50,733 nucleotides of DNA from Octopus bimaculoides (taxonomy: Eukaryota): the NCBI RefSeq assembly GCF_001194135.2, contig NC_068992.1, forward strand, positions 24,356,608-24,407,340, read 5' to 3'. The position numbers and the translations under genes are program-made. The notes under the pieces were generated by a model that saw only the letters and a program-made list of their open reading frames with translations, did not search any database and was not told the DNA's origin. Shown in pieces: positions 12,041 through 25,776 of this stretch (its first letter is position 1; the number at the start of each line of letters is the position of its first letter).

Positions 12041-14700
12041 TATATACACATACATATATACACACACACATATATATACATACATATATTTATATATATA
12101 CATAAACACACATATATATATATGTGTGTGTGTGTGTGCATATGTCTATGTGTCTGTATATTCGTATGAGTGTGCATGCTTGTGTGTAACTCTGGACATC
12201 ACCTGATTGTTCATTTCCAGTCTTCTGTGAAAAACATGGAATTATTATCTTGCTTGGAAAGAGGTGAGAGTTGGCCACAGGAAGAGCATCCAATTGTAGA
12301 AATCTGCCTTAGCAAAGTTTGACTCATGCAAGAATGGAAAAATGGACAGTAAATATTGATGATGGTCAGGGTGTTAAGAAATTGTGATGGTGCAAAAAGA
12401 CACATTTTTATTTTCTTGTGAAGTTTAACAAAAGAAAAAAGAACAAGGAAGAAATAAAGAGAACTAATAAATGAAACAAAGAGATGATATGTGAGTAATT
12501 GATATAGTCAGATAGCCTGACATTGTGATTGAGGAAGTAAATGAAATATTGGTAAAATTGAAAGTTGTAGCTGAAGAAAATTGGCAAAGAACTAAGAGAA
12601 TGAGAGAATGCTGTCAGTAAAAAGGATAAGACAGCTTGGGAGAGAATAATAGAAAGACAAAATGAGAAAGACAAAATGAGAAAGACAGAAAGAGATTCTT
12701 ATAGAACCCGCTGAGTGTAGAGTTATAAAGAGGTAATGAAAATGCAAATAGAAACAAAAAATAAAAATAGAACATATAACAATAAAATAAAAATAATAAC
12801 ATGTAAGAAGAAAAACAAAAAAAAAAAATAGAAGCAAGTGAGCTAAGAGAAGGTAATTGGAAGAGAGATGGAAAAAGAGTGCAAATTAACTTTCTTGGAA
12901 TATCAGGAATTCTAAATTGAGTGGCATAATCTTGGTAATTCATGGTGAAGAAAAGAACCAAAGAGACAGAATCCTAGCGAAAAGAAAGCACAAAAGAAAG
13001 TCGGTTTGTTGGTTTGGTTGATTTCAGAAGGTTTTATTGTTACACTTGTTTTGCTGTTTTGGAAAGAAAACTTCTTTCTCCTTTCTCTCTGTCTGTTATT
13101 GGTGATTTATTTCTTACTCTCTCTTTATCTCTCTCTCTCCTTACATGCATACCATAACCGAAATTCTCTTCCTAACAAGCATTTGCTTTTCATTTCAAAT
13201 ACAATCACCGCCTTATATACTTCACATTTCTATTTAATCTATGTCTTCTCTCTCTCTCTCTCTCTTCCCTTCTCACTCTCTACCCTTCTCTCTCATTCTT
13301 CCCTTTTCTCTTCTCACTTTCTCTCTCTCCATCTCTCTCCTCTCTTACATCCTTTCATCTCTACACTTCTGTCTTTGATTCTTATCTCCAGATAATCTCT
13401 CCTTCTTCCAAGCTCTCTCTCATTCCTAACAACTACCAATTAACCTTTTATAAGTTATCTTCTTGTTTGTTTTCCTCTCTTCATCATTTCTGAAATTCAG
13501 TGTCTCTTTCACCATAATATGTCTTACTGTCTACAACTGGTTCTCTACAATTGTCTCTCACTTCTCTCAGAACCACCTTAATGCCAGTCCCTTAAACCAT
13601 GCCGTTCACCAAATATTTTCTGTTTTAATATCCAAACATCAAACAATCTCTTTTAATACTTCTAGCATTTTATATCTTTCATTATGTTTGCTGTTTTCTC
13701 TTTCCATTTTCTCTCCTTTCTCAGTCTGTCAGTCTGCCCCCACCCCTCCCAACTCTCTTTAACATGCACACAGTTTCCATCAAGTTATTAAAGCACCCCT
13801 TTTTTTTTCTTCGTAACCACCCACCCATCCCACTCTCTTTTCCTCGCTCCCCCCCACCGAACATTCACAGCAAGACACACCACACCAACCGTTCCCATTC
13901 CTGTTCCATCCCAAAAATATTAAAGTATCTTTCTTCTTGTTCCTTTCCCACCCTAACCCACCCCACCACCACTTGCTCAAACGTTCTCACACACAACACA
14001 ACAATTTTCATCTCATTATTAAACCCCACCATCCAGCCCTCTCCTTCCTTGTCACTCTTACATTCTCTCTCACTTCTCCTTTCTCTCTCAAGTACACCAC
14101 ACTATCTTTTAGCCCCCCCCCTCAACCACCGCCCGGTTATTTAACTGTTCTGTTCACTTGTTTTCAATGACAACAAGAAGAAATGTTTGCTAGAAGCCAA
14201 TGTTAATATTTGCCTTGGTTTCGTTCCCCTTACCATAATTTGCTTTGGCAAGCACGTTCGTTACTTTCTTGATTGGTAGTCTGTTTTCTTTCTTTATTAA
14301 ACAGGTAAAGAGTTCCTTCTTATACAACTCACAGCAATGAATGTCATCGCAAAGGTGTTCAACCTTCACCTTTGTAACTAATTAACAAAGGTGTAATAAT
14401 TAGCTTCGTCAGTTACTTTGTTGATTGTTAATCTGCTTTGTTTCTTTATTTTTTTCTACTCTAGGCACAAGGCCCGAAATTTTTGGGGAGGGGGCCAGAC
14501 AATTAGATCAACCCCAGTACGCAACTGGTACTTAATTTGTCGAGCCTGAAAGGATGAAAGGCAAAGTCAACCTCGGCAGTAAAACAGGTAAAAAGTTCCT
14601 TCTTAAATAACTCACAGCAATGAATGCCATCAAAAAAGTGTTCAACCTTCACCTTTGTTACTAATTAACAAAAGTGCAATAATTAGCTTTGCACTTACTT

Positions 14701-14914
14701 TTCTTTCTCTTTTACTTGTTTCAGTCATTTGACTGCAGCCATGGTGGAGCATTGCCTTTAGTCGAGCAAATCGACCCCAGGACTTATTCTTTGTTAGCAT
14801 AGTACTTATTCTATCGGTCTGTTTTGCCAAACTGCTAAGTTACGGGGACATAAAAAACACCAGCATCAGTCATCAAGCGATGTTGGTTGGACAAACACAG
14901 ACACACAAACATAT

Positions 14915-14951
<37 letters not shown>

Positions 14952-15545
14952 CGACAGGCTTCTTTCAGTTTCTGTCTACCAAATCCACTCACAAGGCTTT
15001 GATCGGCCCGAGGCTATAGTAGAAGACACTTTCCGAAGGTGCCACGCAGTGGGACTGAACCCAAAACTATGTGGTTGGTAAGCAAACTACTTACCACACA
15101 GCTACTCCTGGTAATTTTGATTCGCTACAGTAATTCAATGGCTTGTTTTTTTTTCTTTTTATACTTGTTTCAGTCATTGGACTGTGGCCAAGCTGGATCA
15201 TTGCTTTAAACTGCTTAGTCAAACATATTAACCCTAGAGCTCATTTTTAAGTCTAGTGTTTAATCCGTCAGTCTCTTTTGCCAATCTCATATATTTAATG
15301 GGGATGTAAACAAACCAACATCAAGTGTCAAGTGGGGAAGGAGACAAATAAGCATGCACACAAATATATACAATGGAATTCCACTCAGCTTCCATCTACC
15401 AAATACACTCACAAGGCAGTGGTCAGCTTGGGAATACCATAGAAAACCAAGACACTTGTCCAAAGTGCATTGTCATGGGACTAAACCAGAAACCATGTGG
15501 TTGCAAAATGAGCTTCTTAACCACACAGCCATGTCCGTGTCTGTA
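14701..15545 (-). mobile_element. Two SINE family B copies (14701-15110; 15160-15545 degraded)
   Basis: Homologous to 7495-7920 along their length. Confidence 0.8.
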
Positions 15546-18139
15546 TTGTTATTTTGTACTGGCTCCTGTGTAGGTGGCACGTAAAATACACCATTTTGAG
15601 CATGGCCATTGCCAGTACGGCCTGACTGGCCTTCGTGCCGGTGGCACTTACAAGTACCCACTACACTCTCGGAGTGGTTGGCGTTAGGAAGTGCATCCAG
15701 CTGTAGAAACTCTGCCAAATTAGATTGGAGCCTGGTGTAGCCATCTGGTTCACCAGTCCTCAAGCAAATCGTCCAACCCATGCTAGCATGGAAAGCGGAC
15801 GTTAAACGATGATGATGATGATGGTGATGATGATAGCTCAATATACCTACAGTAATGCTCCATCTCTCTGTCTGATATCCATTATACATCATTATAACAA
15901 TGTGTCGTAATAGCATTTAACTGTTTTGTTATATTTCTATTCGTATGTTCTGCTTTTGTTTCGATTAATTTTGGAAATAACAAAGAATTTATTAAAATAG
16001 CTTTTGTTATTATTTAGCAACTGTTCAGAACATAAATTAGCATGAAATTTTGATTGGCAGTTTTGATTTGAATTACATTAAAACTGAAAGTTTGTATCAC
16101 AGAATCAGAAGACAATCTGAAGCAAATCATTATCAAAAGAGTTTTAATCTTGCAACACAATCTTTGAAACAGCACAAATGGCAGAACCACAACTCATTTA
16201 GATTTTTTCATTCACAGATTTTCAATAGCTGCAAGGATGATATTTAATTTTGGTTTCAATGGTGTTAATCATAAAAGAGACAACTCTTTCTCTGGATTGG
16301 AGATCAGCAAATATTATTTCTTTATAAGAGGAGTAGAAAGCAGTACAAGAACCTAATTAAATACTTGAGATCTCACAGAAAACACGTGCTTGCAGTGGTT
16401 ACTTGTTGCTTCTTGGACAAGGGTATTTAGAATGCATGTAGCCTCGTTCATCACTGATTCAATCATTGCTGACTTGGGATAACATGGTAAGCTGAATTGC
16501 GAACTATATTATGCTTATCATTGATTGATTTGGAATAACATGGCTTGGTGATCAATCGAAGATTCTGCATGTACCATAAAAACATGCCCCAACGATCACT
16601 CACAATGCTCAGCTATCCGGAATGGACTTGTGCTGGAATGAGAATGCTGCAAGGCTGCATATTTTTTTTTATATGGATTTACATACTCAAACCCCATCAG
16701 CAAAGAATCAGTGGTCAGTGAAAATATGATGGCACCTGAGCCTAACAGGTGACACAGGTGAGCGTATGCTCTACAGGAAATGGTAGTAAAGATCAAGAAA
16801 ATATGTGATGGTGGAAGTTTCACTGGTGTGGGCCATGAGCTTTGTGCATAGAGATCATTCCTTTATCACCATTTCTTTTTTTTTAAGTAACCCTCTGTGA
16901 TAAACAAGAGTAGATGCATTAGTTACAGACTCAATGTGGTTACAAGATACAAACTTGACCTTCTACAAATTGTCTGATACTCTGTTAACTGAGGTAATCA
17001 CGGCTTTCATATCATTGCAATCATCATCATCTTTATCTAAAACAGTCTTTAGATAAGACTGTTTTCCATGCTGGCACAAGTTGGATGATTCAACAGGAAC
17101 TGGCACACCAGATTCCAATAGTAGGTTTTAGCTTGGTCCCTACACCTCAATGCCCTTCCAAACACCAACCACTTTACAGAGTGTACTGGGTGCTTTTCAT
17201 GTACCACCAGCACCAATGCTTTTTATGTGGCACTAGCATCAGTGCTCATCATGTGGAACCATCACGAGAGCTTTTAGGGTGTCAGGAGAAGGAATGTGTG
17301 TCTGGTGGGGGCAAAGATTGATAAGACAGAGCCCCGCACACACAAGTGATACCCCTGTGATAAATGAGGACGGATGCATTAGTTATGGACACAGTGTAGT
17401 TTTATAATATATTAACTGCTGACCTCCTACCAAATTTTCTGAAAGTTTGTTAACTGAAGTAATCACAGTTCTCATACAAGTTTGGATACAACATATTCTA
17501 TAGTCAATCACCACATCTGAATGCACACAGTCATTAGGAATAAGAAAGGAAATTATATCAAATTACGCAAAGAAATCAATGAGATAACTGTGTTTCTTGA
17601 AAAAGACAAAATCTAAAACTAAATTGTAGCATGTTTTATTCTGATTATAGACACAACATTATTGGCTCTTCCAATTAAATGAAATTAACTTTGCACCATC
17701 TTAGCTTTAATTATCAATTAAATGTATTCTCACTGCATCCTAAGATAAGCAAGGATGCCATGCTAATTGAATTACAATTATTTCATTCTATTTTGTTTTT
17801 ATAATGAGCATAAAAAAAAAGACAATTATCTAAATATATTCACAAACATTTGTGTATGTGTATAGTCTGGTACTTGTTTTATATGCGTGTGTATGTATAC
17901 TTATACACACAAAAACATACATACACACAAAAACCATAATGAATGTGTGTGTGTGTGTGTGTGTGTGTGCGTGCGAGAGAGAGAAAGAGAGNNNNNNNNN
18001 NTGTGTGTGTGCGTGCGAGAGAGAGAAAGAGAGAGGTGGGGAGGAACCTGTCATGAACCAGTCCAGGTGATTTATGGGTCAGTGAAATGAGTAAAGAATA
18101 ACAAGAACAGCAACGTTAATATATGTATTTAGTAGAGGT

Positions 18140-18331
18140 ACTCTTTTACTCGTTTCAGTCATTTGACTGTGGCCATGCTGGAGCACTGCCTTTTGTCAAG
18201 CAAATCGACCCCAGGACTTATTCTTTGTAAGCCTAGTACTTATTCTATTGCTCTCTTTTGCCGAACCGCGAAGTGACCGGGACGTAAACACACCAGCATC
18301 GGTTGTCANNNNNNNNNNNNNNNNNNNNNNN

Positions 18332-18363
<32 letters not shown>

Positions 18364-18525
18364 GATGGGCTTCTTTCAATTTCTGTCTACAAAATCCACT
18401 CAAGGCTTTGGTCAGCCTGTGGCTATAGTAGAAGACACTTGCCCAAGGTGCCACACAGTGGGACTGAACCCAGAACCATGTGGTTGGTAAGCAAGCTACT
18501 TACGACAGCCATTTCTGCGCCTATG
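18140..18525 (-). mobile_element. SINE family B
   Basis: Same consensus; gap in the internal (TA)n. Confidence 0.8.
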
Positions 18526-18576
18526 AGTTGTTGATATTTTATAATTTTAGGACTAAAATACTCTAATATTCAAATT

Positions 18577-18801
18577 TTAACCTGTTGGCATTTGAATCAG
18601 CTAGATTCAACCCTAATATTCTGTCTATTTGATGTTCAAATCAACCGGATCTAGCCTCTTGCATCTATCCTACAATGTCATTCTAAACACATGCAATCAC
18701 ATTGTCAACAAATTGTAGCTATAAGATAATGCACAAATAATTCAAAACAAAGTTAAACGAACATTACATTTGGCTGAGTAATCTGGATATTAAAGGGTTA
18801 A
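18577..18801 (+). mobile_element. TTAA-flanked non-autonomous DNA element (piggyBac-like MITE)
   Basis: Begins ttaacc and ends aagggttaa. Reverse-strand homologues at 44668-44891 and 49165-49325. Confidence 0.6.
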
Positions 18802-19819
18802 TGCAGAAAAATTTATTTAATAGGATTATAATTTTTTCAGCTTAATGACCTGAGCAGTTAATATTTACATCTATACTGTTTCATCTCTCATTAATATCAG
18901 GTGTCTTGTTCAGATTTCGTTTCATATCCATTAATAAAAATTTGATTCAAGTGTCAGCTTATGAAGTGTCTTTTGTAATGGGACATTATTGCAGTATTGT
19001 AGTATTTATTATTTCAGATATATTATTGTTTCTTACTTTTACAGAGCTTGTTTTTCTGTATGGATATACGAGCGATTTATACCTGTAACATGATCATTTT
19101 TTTTTTTATTTTTCTTCTTTCTCAGAAAAATGTTGGAATAAAAGACAATAACTTTAAAAATCAAAAAAGATTTCAGAATATATGCCACAGCCGAAATAAA
19201 AAGAAATTCAAATCTCAAAGCACAAAGACAATGATTTATTTCCTTGTTTTTTTTTTGTTTTTTTTTTACTTCTGTAATATACATAATCGTTATTGCATTA
19301 AATGACGCCTGACAGGTAATAATATGCAACCTAGAATCTAAACTACAAAGCTAGGTGTGAACAGGTCTTCTTTTTATGCTCTGTTGTTTCTCCTGTTCAT
19401 GAATGTACACATTTCCAGAACTAGCTTATTCCTGTTTTTGACAGTTAGGTTAGCTAGGAGCAATGGAAGAGCTAAAGTACACACACACACACACACACAC
19501 ATAAAAAGGAAAAAAAACTAAAAAGCACAAAATAAATTTTCCAGAAGTAATGTAATGTTATCAAGATGAAAAGTAAAGCTACTAAAGACAAATAAGAAAT
19601 AAAAACAAAATGATCGAAAAAAAAAAAAAAAAAAAGCAAGATTGATGTGGTTAAAGGAAAAAGATGACTATAGATACACGGAACTGCATCAGAAGAATTT
19701 GGTTCATACACATGGAAAAAGTAAAAACCAAAATATATACATATATATAAACAATGTAATTTAACATAACAAAACATGCTTGATATATGCCAAGGCTATA
19801 CATCTTTGTTTTGCAAAAT

Positions 19820-19863
<44 letters not shown>

Positions 19864-19873
19864 NNNNNNNNNN

Positions 19874-19918
<45 letters not shown>

Positions 19919-20445
19919 GTACGCATGTAATGCGTTAATATTATTTTTATTCCTTCCATAACAGTTTTACTCCCTGAATATAGAGCACAAACATACAAAG
20001 TAATAAGGGGGAAAAATCTCCTATCAACTGTTAGCATTTCCTCAATAAATTCATATCTCTTTACATGACAGAAATTTTTAAATCAATCAATCAGTCTCAC
20101 ACAACATTCAGACCATTTTATATTAATTTGATATTATATATATATACATACATACATATATGTGTGTGTGTGTGTGTGTGGTTTATACACCATAATGATG
20201 AAATGTACATGGCAACTAATAATGATAATGTAAACGTGTGTTTATCTAAATATCCCCAAAATTTACTCTGCATTTCATAACTAGTATTACTATTAAGTTT
20301 GATAGTTACTTAATCACTATAACGGAAGCAGACCGTTGCATGAGATAGTCTACAGGGAGCTCTAAGCATAACAATAGATGCCATATTGCTATTTGTACAC
20401 ACAAGATATTGTAGATATATATATGTGTATGTATGTGTGTGCACA

Positions 20446-20477
<32 letters not shown>

Positions 20478-20497
20478 TGATGATGGTGCACACATAC

Positions 20498-20549
<52 letters not shown>

Positions 20550-20686
20550 TAAATAATTAGGGTAGAAATTGATATTAATCAATTAAAACCAGTGGCTTAT
20601 ATTTAAAAAATCTGAAGATTAAAAATTGTGTTACATACAAAATTAAGAGAATTGGCCACTAAAGTGGACACCTTATACGCTAAACA

Positions 20687-20780
20687 TAGACGTCAAATTG
20701 CCATTACCACGAAGAGTGCGTTCTCAAGGGAACACACTCTTGAGAACACACTTTTCATGGTAATGGCAATTTGACGTCTA
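20687..20780. repeat. 94-bp hairpin (42-bp arms, 3 differences, 10-nt loop)
   Basis: tagacgtcaaattgccattaccacgaagagtgcgttctcaag / cttgagaacacacttttcatggtaatggcaatttgacgtcta. Confidence 0.9.
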
Positions 20781-20954
20781 ATCTTTTTATTATATTTATC
20801 TTATGATATTTACTTTACTTTATATTATACTCATTTATTGTGCTTTTAATTATTAATTTTTCTATATGTGATAGTGGATTTTCATCGATGAGTTCTTGAA
20901 AATTGGTTATTTTCCCTAAAACTATATATATATATATACACACACATACATGTA

Positions 20955-21718
20955 NNNNNNNNNNNNNNNNNNNNNNNNNNNNNNNNNNNNNNNNNNNNNN
21001 NNNNNNNNNNNNNNNNNNNNNNNNNNNNNNNNNNNNNNNNNNNNNNNNNNNNNNNNNNNNNNNNNNNNNNNNNNNNNNNNNNNNNNNNNNNNNNNNNNNN
21101 NNNNNNNNNNNNNNNNNNNNNNNNNNNNNNNNNNNNNNNNNNNNNNNNNNNNNNNNNNNNNNNNNNNNNNNNNNNNNNNNNNNNNNNNNNNNNNNNNNNN
21201 NNNNNNNNNNNNNNNNNNNNNNNNNNNNNNNNNNNNNNNNNNNNNNNNNNNNNNNNNNNNNNNNNNNNNNNNNNNNNNNNNNNNNNNNNNNNNNNNNNNN
21301 NNNNNNNNNNNNNNNNNNNNNNNNNNNNNNNNNNNNNNNNNNNNNNNNNNNNNNNNNNNNNNNNNNNNNNNNNNNNNNNNNNNNNNNNNNNNNNNNNNNN
21401 NNNNNNNNNNNNNNNNNNNNNNNNNNNNNNNNNNNNNNNNNNNNNNNNNNNNNNNNNNNNNNNNNNNNNNNNNNNNNNNNNNNNNNNNNNNNNNNNNNNN
21501 NNNNNNNNNNNNNNNNNNNNNNNNNNNNNNNNNNNNNNNNNNNNNNNNNNNNNNNNNNNNNNNNNNNNNNNNNNNNNNNNNNNNNNNNNNNNNNNNNNNN
21601 NNNNNNNNNNNNNNNNNNNNNNNNNNNNNNNNNNNNNNNNNNNNNNNNNNNNNNNNNNNNNNNNNNNNNNNNNNNNNNNNNNNNNNNNNNNNNNNNNNNN
21701 NNNNNNNNNNNNNNNNNN
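20955..21718. other. Assembly gap (other large gaps 29844-29927, 31042-31629, 42302-42797; several short gaps of 10-23 N)
   Basis: N runs in the sequence. Confidence 1.
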
Positions 21719-21733
21719 TCTTAAGTGTATAAA

Positions 21734-21765
<32 letters not shown>

Positions 21766-21829
21766 TATGTGTGAACGAGTGTCTGTGTGTGTATCTGAGT
21801 GTGTGTGAGGTGGGGTTGTGTCTATTTGT

Positions 21830-22053
21830 TATTCTTTTACTTGTTTCAGTCATTCGACTGTGGCCATGTTGGAGCACCGCCTTTAGTTGAACAAAACGAC
21901 ACCCCCACCTCCAAGACTTATTCTTTGTAAGCCTAGTACTTATCCTATCAGTCTCTTTTACTGAACCACTAAGTTACACGAACGTAAACACACCAACGTC
22001 GGTTGTCAAGCGATGGTGGGGGGACAAACACTAACACACAAATACATACATAT

Positions 22054-22086
<33 letters not shown>

Positions 22087-22262
22087 AATGTGTGTGTGTG
22101 TGATGGGCTTCTTTCAGTTTCCATCTACCAGATCCACTCACAAAGCTTTGGCCAACCTGAAGCTATAGTAGAAGACACTTGCCCAAGGTGCCACACAGTG
22201 GGACTGAACCCGGAACCATGTGATTGGGAATCAAGCTTCTTACCACACAGCCACTCCTGTTC
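21830..22262 (-). mobile_element. SINE family B
   Basis: Same consensus, full length. Confidence 0.8.
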
Positions 22263-23249
22263 ACTCCATTACTTGACAACTAGTGTTGGTTTATTTACAT
22301 CCATGTAACTTTGTACTACGGCAAAAATGGGTTGATAAAGTAAGTATCAAACTTTAAATTGCAGATTTGCATCTGCAAACAACTTGAAGATGCAGGTGCT
22401 ACCAGTTGAAAGCTCTGCATACCAGATGCTAGCAAACTTATGGGGGTCATCAAGAAAGAACGTGTGCCATTTTGAGGTCTTCCTCTCAATGGCATCATTG
22501 CACATCAGCCACCCTGCTCACTGAGATGAAGGCCCCACTTGCTAGACCAAGCTCAATCTATCCAACTTAAAACCCATCAAAGTAGTCCAGTGACTGAAAC
22601 ATGTAAGAGATAAAAATTCACTGGTCTATAGTTAAGCCAGTAGTAAGAAATGAAAATATTTATCTTAAATGGGTAACCGTACGAACATGTTTGCTTCCTA
22701 ACAATATGTTTTATTGGTTTTTACCAAAATTTCATTCATATATTGTAGCTAAGTGATAATAACTTTCTCCAGTATGTTGGGTTTAATTTTTCATATCATT
22801 CAATATAAACATATATATAGATATATTAATGTTAATATCATAGCTATTCATTCAATACACTATATTTTGATAATTTCACACAATTATCCAATTATCATCT
22901 ATTTGTCTACTTTGATACGGCAAGTTAATTGCTAATGGCCCATGGCTATAAAGAAGTTAATCATCCGTACGTCAGTTTGTTAGAGATATATCAACTACAT
23001 TTGTATTCAACTGTGAATGAAACCATAAAAAGCTGATCATTATATTATGTGCAAATAGCATCCTAACAACCTAATCTAGCTATTGAATTGTTAACATAGA
23101 ACTACGTAAACTAAATACAAATGCATTTTGATTACATGAAAAGCCAATAATTCTGGGAAAATCTCAGACTTCTGTGAGTCTCTGGCTGAAAACCATTACA
23201 ACATAAGAATACTTTAATAGCATCTTCTTCATGTTATATTGGTTTCAAA

Positions 23250-24430
23250 TTTTGTTACAAGGCCGGCAATTTTGAGGTAGGAACTAAGTCGAATACATCA
23301 ACCCCAGTGCTCAACTGGTACTTATTTTATTGCCCTTGAAAGGATGAAAGGCTAAGTCAACCTTAGTTGAATTTGAAGGAAGAACGTAAAAACAGATGAA
23401 ATGCCGCTAAGCAGTTTACCTGGCATGCTAACAATTCTGCCAGCTGGACCCCTTATCTTCATGTCATGGTGATGAAGGCAGTGGGATGGCAGACTCCTTT
23501 ACACATTAGATAAAATACTTAGCTACATTTCTTTGAGAAGCTTTTTGTTCTGAGTTCAAATCCTACTGAAGTAAACTTTACTTTTCATTTTTTGGGGGTT
23601 GATAAAATAACAACCAGTTGAGAACTGAGGTTGAGGCAATTGACTGACCTACCCCCAGAATTCCAAGCCTTGTGCCTGTAGAAGATCTAATTGACTGGCC
23701 CCCTCCCGCAAAATTTTGGGCCTTGTGCCTAGAGTAGAAAAGATTATTTGATGCCAAATTAAAGTAGCGAGCAGGCAGAAACAGTAGCAAGCTGGGTGAA
23801 GAGCTTAGTGGTATTTAGTCTTTCTTTACATTCTGAGTTCAAGTTCCACTGAGGCTGACTTTGCCTTTCCTCCTTTAGGGGTCAATAAATTCAGGACCAG
23901 TCAAGTACTGGAGTCAATGTAATTGACTATCCCACTCCCCACAAATTCCAGGTCTTATGCCTATAGTAGAAAGGATCATCATTATTATTTTCACAAAGGT
24001 GGCAGGCTGGCTAAAACGGTAGCATGCTGGGTAAAATGCTTAGTGGTTTTTGTCTGTCTTTATGTTCCGAGTTCAAATTCCACCAAGGGTGACTTTGCCT
24101 TTCATCCTTTCGGAGTCAATAAATTAAGTACCAGCTGCATACAGGGCTCGATCTAATCGACTGGCCATCTTCCCTAAACTTTCAATCTTTGTGCCTAGAG
24201 AAGAAAACATTATTTGATTTCAAACTTTGGCACAAGGCCAGTAAGTTCAAGAGAAGGAGTGAGTCGATTACATTGACCCCAGTTGTCAACTGGTAGTCTT
24301 TTTATCAACCCCAAAAGAATAAAAGATAAAGCTGACTTTGGGAGGATTTGAACTCAGAACATAAGGACAGATGAAACACCAGTATGCATGTTGCCCAGTG
24401 TGCTAACGATTCCGCCAGCTTTCAACCTTA
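23250..24430. mobile_element. Cluster of about five SINE family A copies in mixed orientation
   Basis: Repeated gagttcaa/ttgaactc B-boxes and tttcatcc/ggatgaaa domains on both strands. Confidence 0.75.
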
Positions 24431-24800
24431 ATGTCTTTTATTACTTAATTGTTACTTGATAATTAAATTTCAAACTTCTTGATTGGTTTATCCAATATTT
24501 AGTTGACATAATAACTCATACAGACTAATTAACTCGTCTTTATTATAATTAATATAATTATACTCCTCACACCACCACCTATTTCCCCACCTGGTCTACT
24601 TTCCATATCATCTTTTATGCTCATCTCTTTATTCTTTGACACCTCATCACTACCATTTTCTCTTCTTCCCAGCTAACCCCACCTGAGTAGAGCTGTACCT
24701 CTTCTATAACAAGACACCTATTGTTCTTACCCTTTCATCCTTTAAACTCCCAACATCTGGCACGAAGCCACCTCCCCATTCCTCATCAACACTATTCTTT

Positions 24801-25168
24801 TATTACCTCTGCTTTAGCAAAGGTGGAGGTATTGTTTTCAGTCACATTTGTTTGTTTGTCCATGGACAAAATATCTCAAGAACTGCTGCATAGAGTCAGA
24901 TGAAACTTGCAGGGACGTTTGGCTTTGTGACTAGCATGAACTGGTTAGATTTTGGGATCGATCTGGTACCGGACAAGTATCCTGGATTACTTTTCCTGTT
25001 TTCTCACTTAATTTTTCAGAGCAGTCAAGTTCATTTTTAGTATTCTCATTTGTGAGAGCAGTAAAGTTTATTTCAGACATTCTCATTGTAAAAAATCATC
25101 TCTGGCTAATCATTGAGAAGATGTTGGTGTTGCCTTGGCGGAGGTTTGCACTCTCTGAGTGCTCTAAT
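24801..25168 (+). mobile_element. Non-autonomous Helentron-type (HINE/DINE-1-like) element, copy 2
   Basis: 5' attacctctgc...ggtggaggt inverted repeat, (TTTG)n, 3' subTIR ccttggcggagg plus hairpin gcactctctgagtgc, ending in a T run. Confidence 0.7.
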
Positions 25169-25171
25169 TTT

Positions 25172-25555
25172 TGCACTTGTTTCAGTCATCTGATTGTGGC
25201 CAAGCTGGAGCTCTGCCTTAAAGGGTTTTTAGTTGAAGAAATCAACCCCAGGATTTATTCTTTGTAAGCATAGTGCTTATTTGATCAGGCTCTTTCACAA
25301 AACTGCTAAGTTATAGGGACATAAACACACCATCATCAGTTGTCAAGTGATGGTGGGGGGCAAACTCAGACACATAAATATACATGCATGCACACATATA
25401 TACACAATGAGCTTGTTTTGGTTTCCATCCAATAAATCCACTCACAAGGCTTTGGTTGGCATGAGGCTATAGTAGAAGACACTTGCCCAAGGTGTCATGC
25501 AGTGGGACTGAACCTGGAACCATGTCGTTGGGAAGCAAGCTTCTTCTCACGCTGA
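25172..25555 (-). mobile_element. SINE family B
   Basis: Same consensus. Confidence 0.75.
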
Positions 25556-25776
25556 CTTAAATGTGAGATGCTTTTTCCTTTTTCCCTTTCTTGCTCTTTT
25601 CCTCTCTTGCAAGTTACTAAGGGACATCACTTGAGCCAGTGGCATGAAAAGAGCACCCAGCACACCCATGTTAAATGGTTGGCATCCAGCCATAGAAACA
25701 TTTTCAAAGATAAAAGGGCTCGATACACCCCAGTGGCTCACCAAACTCTGTCAAACTGTCCAACCCATACCAGCAT

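Noticed and set aside
19040-19230. Candidate small exons on either strand around 19.05-19.2 kb
   Set aside because: The minus candidate lacks a polypyrimidine tract and does not fit phase 1. The plus candidate has no donor or recognisable product.
20880-20925. tcgatgagttcttgaaa as a possible hammerhead remnant
   Set aside because: The CUGANGA box is imperfect and no helices I-III can be drawn.
20882-21877. Long ORFs spanning N runs (also 29.8, 31.0-31.8 and 42.2-42.9 kb)
   Set aside because: Open only because of undetermined bases.
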